A stretch of DNA of 64,000 nucleotides from an uncultured Porphyromonadaceae bacterium. GTDB taxonomy: Bacteria; Bacteroidota; Bacteroidia; Bacteroidales; Barnesiellaceae_A. Made by a program: the position numbers and the translations under genes. Where the stretch lies: the NCBI GenBank assembly GCA_937891845.1, contig CALATP010000026.1, positions 26,429 to 90,428 on the forward strand. Reading direction: 5' to 3'. A model generated the notes under the pieces. That model made no database searches. It was not told the origin of the DNA and saw only the letters and a program-made list of their open reading frames with translations. This document shows, piece by piece, positions 52,595-61,677 of this stretch (the first letter of the stretch is position 1; each line of letters begins with the position of its first letter).

Positions 52595-55370
52595 CGTTGT
52601 CGGGGTTGTAGTAGTTATTAAAAAATTCAAAGTACTCTTCCAATGTATGGCCTTGCAAAAGCAGGTCGTAGTTGGTTGTACTTATCATCACCGGACGTAC
52701 TCCGTCGGGGATGACAAAGTCGGTTTCATTTGTCATAACCGAGCGGTAGTGTATTAGTTCGTCAAAGTTATTAAAACCTTTGACAACAAGAATAGATATT
52801 TCGTTAAATGTGTTTATCTCCAAGTCAAAATCTTTGACAAGGAAGTGCGAGAAGTTCATACGAGCTACCTCAAAGAGGAGTTGATTGCTCGACACTTCAC
52901 GGTTGTTGAAAACAAACAAGAAGTAGTGTTCGCTCTCGGGTTGATGTGTAAATTGCTTGGTACTGTCGGCTACTGCTGTCGAGTCGTTTCCGAGTCGTGT
53001 ACTCCATATCATACCACGAGCGTTACCGCTACCTTCAATGGTGCGACCTTGTGTAAGGCCTTTAAGGATGTTGCCGGCATAGTCGCTTACATCGGCTTGC
53101 GGATAGCGTTCGAGCAACAGTTGAACGCCTTCTTTAAATTTATCGTAATTCTTGTCACCGATATATGCCATCGCATCGAGGAATAGGAATTTGTGCATAA
53201 TATCGGCCAATGGGTATTCTTGTTGTACGTATGTTACATTGTTGTGTACAGTGCTGTTGTCGTTGGCCAAATATGCTGCGTATGTAGCACGGTATATCGA
53301 GTCTTGTTTGGCACCTGCCGAACGTCTTTTTTCGATATACAATGGGTCTTTGAGTGCAACGGCATATTCACTGTCGCCAAAGTCGGTGAGAATGCGCGTG
53401 CGGTATGTCTCGGCTTTGTGCAGTTCATTGCTACGCATATACATCAGGTAGCGGTTGTAGTGCATTTCGAGCATATAAGGGTTGTTGGGAAATCGTTGTT
53501 CCAGCTCGCTGAATGTGGCCTCGGCAGCCTCGTAATCTTCCAAGTCGTTCTTGAGTATCAGACCCATATTGAACAGACCCTCGGCAATTATTTCATTCGA
53601 TACCGCCAACTCGTCGGGAGTGAGAGGTATCTGTTTGAGATAGTATTCTATCTTGTGAGGATCTTCGGCATTGGCCAGTGCAAGGCTGTCTTGAGGAGTG
53701 GTTTCGCCATCGCCATCACCCATAGCTGTAGATGTGCTATCGGCTGTTGCATCGGTTGCTGACTGTTCTCCGAAGTCGCTCGATGAGAAGCCCGATTTGT
53801 TGCGTCGTCGCCAATCGTCTTCCAATTTTCGAGAGCCCCATTTTTTCTGGAACTCCGATTTACCGGCATTTATAAGTGTCTGATTATAAAAATACCACGA
53901 ACCGTCACCTGCCATAGTTCCTACTGTGGGTTGGTTGGCACTTCCTTGCATACCGGGTTGTGCCATACCCTCTTGTTGAGCCAAATATTCTTCGCGATCG
54001 CGAGCCTCGGCTTCTTTCTTTTCTTGTTCGATGAGGTCATCAATAATCTTCTGTATAGCGGCTGTACGTTCTTCTTCGCTCATTGCTGCCAATACTTGCA
54101 AGCTGTCTTGTAACTCGACATTCTCGGCATAAACTACCAGCTTGTCCAATACGGCCGAGCGGCGGGTAAGTAACTTGTAGTTGGGGTAGTCCTCTTTGAG
54201 TAGAGGGATAGCCTCGGAGTAGCAGGGTTGAGCATCGACATACTCTCGACGACCAAAGTACAATTCGCCCAATGTGATTTGACATACTGCTTTTTCGATG
54301 CCGTTGCGAGTGCTTTCCGATACGGCTTTGCGGTAGTTGTCCATTGCATTGAGGGTATCTTGTCGCGATAGATATAGGTTGCCTATTGCGTAGTATATCT
54401 GATCCAAATAGTCTTTGTTGGCACCTCTTGTAGTCATACGTCGCAAGGATTTTACTTCTTTCTCGATATCGCTACCCATAAAGACCTCGCTCATCTTGAT
54501 GCGTGCATTGAACTGTGTGCGATAGGTCGGATTCATATTTATCACACGCTTGTAAGCGTCGTATGCTTTTTGAGGCTCGTTGTTGAGAGCATAAAGCTGA
54601 CCTAACAAGAATGTAAGTCGGGCGCGTTGTGCTTTGCGAGGCTCTTTCTTGATGGCTTGTTCGAGGTAGGGTATGGCTTTGGTGGGTTGTCCGCTGTTGA
54701 TGAGGTAGTCGGCATTGACCCAAGCAAAATCTCCCGCTAACTCGGGTGGAAGACTGTCGTTGTTGAGCTTGTATATGATGTCTTCGGCTTCATATATCCA
54801 ATCGAGTGCTGTGTAACTGCGAGCTTGCCATAGACGTGCTTCGGCTACAATTTTAGGCAACCACGTAAAGTGTTGTGAGATGTAAGAGAATGTCGATGCA
54901 GCTGCCAAGAAATCACCTTTGTTGTATTGAGCTTTACCCATCAGCATCCACACGTTGTGCATAAAAGGGTTGTACTCTTCGCGTTTGAGAAAGGCTTTGT
55001 ATTCGGGGTTACGACTCTTTCCGGGCTTGCGTTTGGGGCGAGCCTTGATACTGTGTGACTGTATAGCCTTTTGGCATTTCTCTATTGTGATGTCGAAAGA
55101 ACCTTGAGGTTGAGGGTCTTTGGGGTCGTTGTAGGCCTGAGCCGGTGACATATATAGCAGGTCGGTGTAGTTGTCTTCGTATTTTTCCTCTTGCAACTTG
55201 AGCTGCTCCAAATAGTTCTGCTCGGCATTGAAATAGATGTTATATCGGGTGGTGAGCGATTGATAAAATCTAGTCCAACCTGTATTTTTGGAGGTAGAAC
55301 AAGCCGATAGCAGTATTACGGATAGTAACACAGCTACGCTACAATATTTCGATTTTATTCTCATTCTCAT
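52566..55370 (-). CDS. TPR-repeat lipoprotein, possibly PorW/SprE-like type IX secretion component
   Basis: Lipobox (LLSACS), N-terminal TRYNIYFNAEQ-type segment, many TPR-like repeats, 934 aa. The PorW assignment is from remembered N-terminal similarity only. Confidence 0.5.
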   Translation of the reverse strand: MRMRIKSKYCSVAVLLSVILLSACSTSKNTGWTRFYQSLTTRYNIYFNAEQNYLEQLKLQEEKYEDNYTDLLYMSPAQAYNDPKDPQPQGSFDITIEKCQKAIQSHSIKARPKRKPGKSRNPEYKAFLKREEYNPFMHNVWMLMGKAQYNKGDFLAAASTFSYISQHFTWLPKIVAEARLWQARSYTALDWIYEAEDIIYKLNNDSLPPELAGDFAWVNADYLINSGQPTKAIPYLEQAIKKEPRKAQRARLTFLLGQLYALNNEPQKAYDAYKRVINMNPTYRTQFNARIKMSEVFMGSDIEKEVKSLRRMTTRGANKDYLDQIYYAIGNLYLSRQDTLNAMDNYRKAVSESTRNGIEKAVCQITLGELYFGRREYVDAQPCYSEAIPLLKEDYPNYKLLTRRSAVLDKLVVYAENVELQDSLQVLAAMSEEERTAAIQKIIDDLIEQEKKEAEARDREEYLAQQEGMAQPGMQGSANQPTVGTMAGDGSWYFYNQTLINAGKSEFQKKWGSRKLEDDWRRRNKSGFSSSDFGEQSATDATADSTSTAMGDGDGETTPQDSLALANAEDPHKIEYYLKQIPLTPDELAVSNEIIAEGLFNMGLILKNDLEDYEAAEATFSELEQRFPNNPYMLEMHYNRYLMYMRSNELHKAETYRTRILTDFGDSEYAVALKDPLYIEKRRSAGAKQDSIYRATYAAYLANDNSTVHNNVTYVQQEYPLADIMHKFLFLDAMAYIGDKNYDKFKEGVQLLLERYPQADVSDYAGNILKGLTQGRTIEGSGNARGMIWSTRLGNDSTAVADSTKQFTHQPESEHYFLFVFNNREVSSNQLLFEVARMNFSHFLVKDFDLEINTFNEISILVVKGFNNFDELIHYRSVMTNETDFVIPDGVRPVMISTTNYDLLLQGHTLEEYFEFFNNYYNPDNDEETDDIVG

Positions 55371-55398
55371 CTTTACCTATAACGTATTATTGTGTGGT

Positions 55399-56223
55399 TT
55401 ATTGTGTAATGTCGGATGTGTGTGGTTGTAGCATACTTTTGATACAATGAGCTATAACATATATTACTGCCAGAGTCACAACGATACCGGCTCCGGTTGG
55501 GATGGCTATCATTGTAGAGATGATGAGTCCTGTAAGCGATGCAAGCAGGCATATCGCTCCCGAAAGCAGTATGAGGTTGCTGAATTTATGAGTAAAATTC
55601 TCGGCAATGATTTGGGGGAGCGTGAGAACCGATATGAGCAACATAATGCCTATAAGTTGGATAGAGAGTACAATGGCAAGTGCAATGAGTAGTGTCATAC
55701 AGGTGTTTATGGTGTCTACCTTGATACCTCGAGTGCGAGCGAAGTCACCATCGAATGCGGCATATAGTATGGGCTTGTAGAAGATAATGAAGAAAAGTAA
55801 GGCCGGGAAGGTAAAAGCAGCAAACGTAATGAGGTCGGTGTGGGTAATGGTAAGAATGTTGCCAAAAAGGAATTCGGTGAGCCCGGGTGTATATCCGGGG
55901 GTGAGGTAAATAAAGATGATACCTATGGCCATACCCAGAGCCCAAAAAACGGCAATTGCCGAGTCGGGTCGGATGTTTCCTCGGTGCGAGAGATGCTCTA
56001 TGCCAAGAGCCGAGAGGATGGCAAAGATTGCAGCTGACAGGGTGGGCGATATACCTGCGAAGTATCCAATGCCCAGTCCACCAAATGACGCGTGAGTGAT
56101 GCCACCGGCGATGAAAGTCATACGTCGAGTAACGATGTATGTGCCGATAAATGCTGTCACAATTGACATAAGCAAGATGGCTATGAGTGCATTTTGGAAA
56201 AATGTGTATTGCAGTATATCCAT
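55399..56223 (-). CDS. metal (Zn/Mn) ABC transporter permease, ABC-3 family
   Basis: 274 aa, about 8 TM helices, typical ZnuB/TroC-like sequence (TFIAGGITHASFGGLGIG). Confidence 0.85.
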   Translation of the reverse strand: MDILQYTFFQNALIAILLMSIVTAFIGTYIVTRRMTFIAGGITHASFGGLGIGYFAGISPTLSAAIFAILSALGIEHLSHRGNIRPDSAIAVFWALGMAIGIIFIYLTPGYTPGLTEFLFGNILTITHTDLITFAAFTFPALLFFIIFYKPILYAAFDGDFARTRGIKVDTINTCMTLLIALAIVLSIQLIGIMLLISVLTLPQIIAENFTHKFSNLILLSGAICLLASLTGLIISTMIAIPTGAGIVVTLAVIYVIAHCIKSMLQPHTSDITQ

Positions 56224-56254
56224 TGGGTTGTGTAGGGGTAGTTAATATATTGTA

Positions 56255-56677
56255 TCAGTTGATATTACGTCTTTCGCCAACGATGAGTATAACTTCGTCT
56301 TTCAAATCGTCGGGTAACTCGATGCCGCGAAGTTGCAGGCTGCGCACCCATCCGGCTACCTCGTGGCTTCGCATCGTGTAGAGTATATCGCGAAACGTAG
56401 CGCACTGTTCGGGAGTGTAGTTGTCGGAGGGGGTTCCTTTCCACTTGTCCAGTTCTTCATCGTCGTAGTATTCTATATCTTGACTTACAGCGGCCAATAG
56501 GCTGTCGCGTTCACATACTTCGTGTTGTCCGCAGCACTCCTCGGGGATGTCGGGAGCCGGAGGCTCGGGAGGAAGTCCCAACTTCAAGGCACGTTGTGTC
56601 TTGTATTGATGCAAAGCGTATGTAATGCTACCTGTCAGTATCAGTATGGCTATGATTATTATCACAACAGTTGTCAT
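56255..56677 (-). CDS. membrane-anchored hypothetical protein
   Basis: 140 aa with an N-terminal TM helix, then a CC-x4-C segment and an acidic domain. 4-nt overlap with aroA. Confidence 0.5.
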   Translation of the reverse strand: MTTVVIIIIAILILTGSITYALHQYKTQRALKLGLPPEPPAPDIPEECCGQHEVCERDSLLAAVSQDIEYYDDEELDKWKGTPSDNYTPEQCATFRDILYTMRSHEVAGWVRSLQLRGIELPDDLKDEVILIVGERRNIN

Positions 56678-57918
56678 AGTTTTATCTCCTTTCCGTTGTT
56701 GTCGGTGATATTAAAACCTGCCATTGCCAGATGTTGCCAAAACTCGGGGTATGACTTCTCAACGACCGATGGATGCAGGATGCATATCTCCTTGTGGGTG
56801 ATGGCTGCCGGCGCGAAGGTCATTGCAATGCGATGGTCGTTGCACGTGTCGATAACGATGGGATGTGTGATGTCGCACATATCACCACTCCATCTGATAG
56901 AGCCGTTGTGCGGTTGTGTGAGGATGTATCCCAACTTGCGTGCTTGTTGAATGGTGTCGGTAATGCGGTCGGTCTCTTTGATGCGCAGGTTGTGCAAGCC
57001 TTCGAAGCAGAAGTGTTGCCCTTTGAGCAGGCAACCTACTATAAGGGGTTGCGCCAAGTCGGGGCAGTGTGATAGATTGAGTAACCACTCTTGTTGGGTA
57101 ATAGAGTGTTGGCAAGGTGCAATGCGAGTGCCGTTGGTGCCGGGCTGTGTGGTTACACCCAATTTTTCGAAATATCGTGCTGCAATGGCATCACCTTGTA
57201 TGCCGGTTGTGGTGAGTTGATTGAGGTCGAATGATTGTTGCGACAACAGTGTTATCAGATACCAAAATGCCGCAGCCGACCAGTCACGCTCGATGTGGGG
57301 TGTGGTGTAACGATAGGATGAAGGTGGAATGCTTATTGTGTTGTCTTTTTGTATGACATTGATGCCATATTGTTGCATCAATGCCAAAGTCATATCGATG
57401 TATGGTCTTGATGTTATGTGACCTTGCAGTGTGAGCTGTACTCCTTGTGTTGTGTAGGGAGCTATGAGCAGTATGGCCGAAATAAATTGAGAGCTGATAT
57501 GAGCCGGAATGGTGACAGCTCCCCCCTTAAGGGTGTTGCCATTGATGCGTAACGGAGGAAATCCTTCTTGTCCTATGTATGCAATGTCGGCTCCTATATC
57601 ACGTAGTGCATCGACGAGCGGAGCAATGGGTCGTTGCAGCATACGAGGCGATCCTGTGAGGATGCGTGAGCCCGGTTGTGTGGCAAAATAGGCTGTGAGA
57701 AATCGCATTGCAGTGCCGGCATTGTCGATGTTGATGGTGGTGTTGTCGGTAGCCAGAGCCTCTAGCATAACAGATGTGTCGTCGCAATGAGCCAATCCTT
57801 CGGGCGGATACACCGATTGAGCGAGTGCGTTGATGATGAGCACTCGATTGCTTATACTCTTAGACCGAGGGAGGTCGATAGAGCAGTTGTGTAATGTGGG
57901 AGCTGTAATGCGATACAT
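56674..57918 (-). CDS. aroA: 3-phosphoshikimate 1-carboxyvinyltransferase (EPSP synthase)
   Basis: KSISNRVLI, NAGTAMRFL, MLQRPIAPLVDALRDIGA. Confidence 0.9.
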   Translation of the reverse strand: MYRITAPTLHNCSIDLPRSKSISNRVLIINALAQSVYPPEGLAHCDDTSVMLEALATDNTTINIDNAGTAMRFLTAYFATQPGSRILTGSPRMLQRPIAPLVDALRDIGADIAYIGQEGFPPLRINGNTLKGGAVTIPAHISSQFISAILLIAPYTTQGVQLTLQGHITSRPYIDMTLALMQQYGINVIQKDNTISIPPSSYRYTTPHIERDWSAAAFWYLITLLSQQSFDLNQLTTTGIQGDAIAARYFEKLGVTTQPGTNGTRIAPCQHSITQQEWLLNLSHCPDLAQPLIVGCLLKGQHFCFEGLHNLRIKETDRITDTIQQARKLGYILTQPHNGSIRWSGDMCDITHPIVIDTCNDHRIAMTFAPAAITHKEICILHPSVVEKSYPEFWQHLAMAGFNITDNNGKEIKL

Positions 57919-57948
57919 CTATGTAGTGAGTAGCAATGAATGGTAGCT

Positions 57949-58299
57949 TTATTGGTTTTCGGAGCGACGTGTACCCAACAGTTCCATAACATCGGCTACA
58001 ATCTCGGTGCGTTGGTGTGTAACACCGGCTTGGTCGTTCCATTGGTTGGTACGTAGCTTGCCTTCGATATACAATTGAGTGCCTTTGCGTACGTATTTTT
58101 CGGCAATCTCGGCCAATCCACGCCACAGAACGATGTAGTGCCATTCGGTACGGTCGGGAACTTGAGTGCCATTGGCAGCGGTGTATCCACGCTCGGTAGT
58201 AGCCATTCGTAGGCGAGCTACACATACACCTTTTTCGAGGTATCTAATTTCGGGGTCGGCTCCTACGTGACCAACCAAGATTACTTTGTTTACAGACAT
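57949..58299 (-). CDS. ssb: single-stranded DNA-binding protein (short form)
   Basis: VNKVILVGHVGADPEIRY OB-fold start, and W...HYIVLWRGLAEIAEKYVRKGTQLYIEGKLRTNQW. 116 aa, with no acidic C-terminal tip. TACCTTTG -7 box on the minus strand at 58324-58331. Confidence 0.85.
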   Translation of the reverse strand: MSVNKVILVGHVGADPEIRYLEKGVCVARLRMATTERGYTAANGTQVPDRTEWHYIVLWRGLAEIAEKYVRKGTQLYIEGKLRTNQWNDQAGVTHQRTEIVADVMELLGTRRSENQ

Positions 58300-58449
58300 A
58301 ATAATATAGTATGAAATGAAAAACAAAGGTAGTGATTATGTGTTTAACTCGCAATGATTTTTTTGATTTTTAGCGTGTGTTGCAATTCAAGATTTGGGCA
58401 GTAAACAGTATCATTTTTTCATAATGGTTGGAGCTGTGGATCGTTGTGT

Positions 58450-60429
58450 CTAGAACGAGGCTTCGTTGATGATATTGTTGTGTCGTGTGTATGTGATAAC
58501 GGCGGTAGGTTCTTGTTGTGCAACGTATAGTCCGATGCATCGAGTAATGAGTATGTCGTCGTGTTCGCCTTCTTGTGCGCCATAACTGCCGTTGGGCTTG
58601 CGTTCAAACACGTCAAACTCGTGACAAGCCATCTCGTCGTGTTCGATGTAGTTGTTGTTGCGCAGAGCATTTATCATCGTATTGATGATGATGTTCTTGG
58701 TGTTGCGATTCATATGAAACCCCCATCTTGTCGGTGCCGAGAGTGCTATTTCGTCGCCGGTCATCTGTCGGGCATATAGATTGTTGTAGTGTCGTGCAAT
58801 GGTGTCGAGGATGTAGAACGGACGTGCATCGTCGTGCTCGGTCTCGAGTGTATTACTTTCGATGACCAACAGAGCTTTGTTGTAGAATGTTGCTATCTGA
58901 GCAGCTTTCCACGCCAAAAGGTCGTGGTCGATGTGTCCGCGCCATTGGGCTACCAGCTCTATTGTGTTGTCGATGTTGAGTCGAGAACGGTCAAATACGG
59001 CGATGACCGAAAAATCGGCTTTGCTTGAGCGTCCGCCAATGTCTACGGCAACGATGTATTGGTTGCGAATGATACGTGACGGTTGAGGCATTTGCCATAT
59101 TTTTAGGAGTCCTGTCGATTCTTGTCGGAAGTCGATGCCTGATAGTGCTTTATGTCCGGTTATGTCGTTGGCTACGAGCTCGCCCACAGCGATGGGAGTA
59201 GAACAGTTGTCGCGCAGTCGTTGTATGGCAATCGGGTCGAAAACTCGTTCGAGAGAATGAGCAAAGGCTTCGGTCTCGTCGGATGGATATTCGGCCATCA
59301 TATCGGCATGGTGGGAGTATTCTCGTAGTTTGGCACGATACCACGCAATGGCTTCGAGAGTAGCCCCCATCTGCCATAGCCACTTTTCGTATCGGTTGAG
59401 AGAAGAAGCAAATGCGTGATAGTCGTCGATGGGTTGGCTATACATCTCTATTTCGTACCAGGGAACAAAAATAGCAGTTTTGTCGCTCTCGTTGCGCTTG
59501 GCTCTGAGGTACTCGCGATGGAAGTAACCACCAGTTCCATTGGCAGTGCTTTCTATTACAACGATAGAGTGCGGCAATAGTGCAATACTGCCGTAAATGG
59601 ATCGGATGAGACTCTCGGGCGTATGAGCCGGAGTGTTGCTCCAGAATGCAGCCTCACTGAGGTGTGCCATTGCGATGTCGTTGCCACGAATGGCTTCGGG
59701 CGACTCGGCCGAGCATATTGTGACTTTGCAATTGCGTTGAGCTATCAATGAGGTGTTGGAAGAGCGTTCAAATGGTTGAAAATGTGGTGTGTCCGGTGCG
59801 CCAATGAGCCACGCCGGATAGTTGCTGAGTAGCTTTGTGTACATACCCTTGATGTTGGCAGCAGCATCTTTGAGGTGGGCGCAGATGATGCTGTTCCAGT
59901 TGTGTAGGTGAACGAGTTGTATCCAGGCCATATACACTTGAGTGAGTGTAGAACCACCCCATTGTCTGGCCTTGAGCATAATGATGCGTATGGGCTTGTG
60001 TGCGCAACGTTGCGTTTCGAGCAACTCGAGGTATCGTCGTTGAGGCCGGTTGAGGATGAAAGGAACGTCGTCTTGTCCCATTTTGTCTTTGATCTTGACA
60101 AACATAGCAGCCCAAAACTCAAAGTCGTGTAGAATACGCTCTTTTATCCATAATGACCAGATGTCGCTGCGCAGTCGCCTTGAAGGGCGTTTTTTGAGAT
60201 GTCGAGAAATAAAAGTGTCGATGCTGCCGGCTTCGACCAAAAGCCTAACCCAATTGCAGCTGTCGAGCATAGTATGTGGAATGTATTGCTCGGTGATGGG
60301 AGCATCGGAAAGAGTAACAAGAGTGCGTTGCGCACCACACCCTTCGCCCGTAGCGGGGTTGTAGGTGTGGTGAGAGGCACTTTTGCGACGATTGTTCTCG
60401 GAAATAATGTCGTTGATGTCTTGTAGCAT
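58450..60429 (-). CDS. terL: phage terminase large subunit-like protein
   Basis: ATPase motifs LKARQWGGST (Walker A-like), IAMAHLSEAAFW (Walker B position) and VIESTANG (motif III). C-terminal RNase H-like nuclease signature (VAVDIGGRS...DFSVIAV, EGEHDDILITR). Confidence 0.7.
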   Translation of the reverse strand: MLQDINDIISENNRRKSASHHTYNPATGEGCGAQRTLVTLSDAPITEQYIPHTMLDSCNWVRLLVEAGSIDTFISRHLKKRPSRRLRSDIWSLWIKERILHDFEFWAAMFVKIKDKMGQDDVPFILNRPQRRYLELLETQRCAHKPIRIIMLKARQWGGSTLTQVYMAWIQLVHLHNWNSIICAHLKDAAANIKGMYTKLLSNYPAWLIGAPDTPHFQPFERSSNTSLIAQRNCKVTICSAESPEAIRGNDIAMAHLSEAAFWSNTPAHTPESLIRSIYGSIALLPHSIVVIESTANGTGGYFHREYLRAKRNESDKTAIFVPWYEIEMYSQPIDDYHAFASSLNRYEKWLWQMGATLEAIAWYRAKLREYSHHADMMAEYPSDETEAFAHSLERVFDPIAIQRLRDNCSTPIAVGELVANDITGHKALSGIDFRQESTGLLKIWQMPQPSRIIRNQYIVAVDIGGRSSKADFSVIAVFDRSRLNIDNTIELVAQWRGHIDHDLLAWKAAQIATFYNKALLVIESNTLETEHDDARPFYILDTIARHYNNLYARQMTGDEIALSAPTRWGFHMNRNTKNIIINTMINALRNNNYIEHDEMACHEFDVFERKPNGSYGAQEGEHDDILITRCIGLYVAQQEPTAVITYTRHNNIINEASF

Positions 60430-60435
60430 ACGTGA

Positions 60436-60687
60436 TTAGAGTTTTTTGAGTTGTTTTTCGATCTCGGCAATGCGATTGAGTGTATCGCTGAAAGCATCTT
60501 GTTTGTTGCCGTTGGGAGCCATCAGTGCTGCCATATCCTTGCGAATAATCTCAATGCACTTGATGAGTACTGTTTCGTTGGTTGTTTCGCGCAAAACGTC
60601 GAGCAGACGGTCGTAACAGATGTGAATGGCTTCGTTCTGCTTGGCGAGTAGTGACGCGATGTCGTTCAAATTGAAAATTTCTGTCAT
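60436..60687 (-). CDS. small helical hypothetical protein (in the position of a small terminase subunit)
   Basis: 83 aa from ATG 60687. Its stop lies 6 nt before the terL start. No motif, so the suggestion rests on position only. Confidence 0.4.
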   Translation of the reverse strand: MTEIFNLNDIASLLAKQNEAIHICYDRLLDVLRETTNETVLIKCIEIIRKDMAALMAPNGNKQDAFSDTLNRIAEIEKQLKKL

Positions 60688-60743
60688 AAATATTAAAAAT
60701 TTAAAGTGTTGAAATGTGCGATACCTTTTATCGCATCGAGATG

Positions 60744-60751
60744 CAAAGTTA
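60744..60751 (-). promoter_or_regulatory. -7 promoter box (TAACTTTG on the minus strand) for the terminase operon
   Basis: The reverse complement of caaagtta matches TAnnTTTG, 57 nt upstream of ATG 60687. Confidence 0.4.
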
Positions 60752-60757
60752 GAGCGC

Positions 60758-60769
60758 GATATTTGCACA
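60758..60769 (+). promoter_or_regulatory. near-consensus -7 box (GATATTTG) for the divergent plus-strand genes
   Basis: One mismatch to TAnnTTTG. Shares the 11-mer ATATTTGCACA with the portal promoter at 22830-22840. Sits 40 nt upstream of ATG 60806. Confidence 0.3.
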
Positions 60770-60805
60770 GCGATGCTATAAAATGACTAACAAAAAATTT
60801 TTTTT

Positions 60806-61351
60806 ATGCTTAATGAAATGTTTAATTGGGCGTATGATTACGCCTTTAAGAGTTACTCAAACAAGAAAAAGAGAGACTCGTATAACGAGTTGTATAACAA
60901 ACAGCTACAACATTACAACACTCGTCTGGGTGCAGCTACATCGTTGTTCAATCACGCCTATTATCGTAACTATCTTGATACTCCCAATGCCCGTAATATG
61001 CTGAAACGGGTGCGAGAGCAACTCTCGGAGCAAACACGCAAGTTGCGTAATGCCGGTGTCGTAACCGGTGCTACAAGTGAAGCGATAGCAGCACAACAAA
61101 AGAATAATAATAAGTTGATAGATAATGTGATAGGAACACTTGCCAATGCCGATGCTGCTCGAAAAGATCGCGCGTTGGAGAATTATGCCAATGAGCGAAG
61201 TCGCTTGTCCGATTATTTGTTTCAGGCCGATATAAATCGTTATGGCAAGTTGTATGAGTTGGAGCAGGAGGAGCTGATGGATAATGCAAAATTCTGGAAA
61301 CCTATTGCTTCAATGTTTTCGCAAAGAATAGAAGATTTGATCAATAAATAG
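60806..61351 (+). CDS. coiled-coil hypothetical protein (phage-associated by context)
   Basis: 181 aa, Asn/Lys/Arg-rich helical sequence. First gene of the plus-strand unit divergent from terL. Confidence 0.5.
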   Translation: MLNEMFNWAYDYAFKSYSNKKKRDSYNELYNKQLQHYNTRLGAATSLFNHAYYRNYLDTPNARNMLKRVREQLSEQTRKLRNAGVVTGATSEAIAAQQKNNNKLIDNVIGTLANADAARKDRALENYANERSRLSDYLFQADINRYGKLYELEQEELMDNAKFWKPIASMFSQRIEDLINK

Positions 61352-61353
61352 AA

Positions 61354-61677
61354 ATGATGAGTGAGAGAAATTGTAAAGCCGGCTCGATGCAAGGCGTGGG
61401 CGAGGCAGGTGCAACCGGTGTTGCAGAAAGAGAGTGTGGGGTGGCCGGCAATGATGTGCTGAATGAGTTGCAAGAGATGTGCCGATGTGTGAGTCGCGGA
61501 AGAAGATGTGGCATGCACAACGGTGTGTCAGCCTTGTTGCGCTCGTGGTATATGCCACGTGATGTGTATGATGTCGAGTGTTACAAGCGACGTTTCTATG
61601 TGTTACGTGGGTTGCAAGCTATATTAAGTGAGATATTGAACAAACAAAAAAAAGGTGGAAATGAAACAGAACATTGA
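61354..61677 (+). CDS. small Cys-rich hypothetical protein
   Basis: 107 aa with 7 Cys. Starts 3 nt after the previous stop and overlaps the next gene by 23 nt. Confidence 0.4.
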   Translation: MMSERNCKAGSMQGVGEAGATGVAERECGVAGNDVLNELQEMCRCVSRGRRCGMHNGVSALLRSWYMPRDVYDVECYKRRFYVLRGLQAILSEILNKQKKGGNETEH

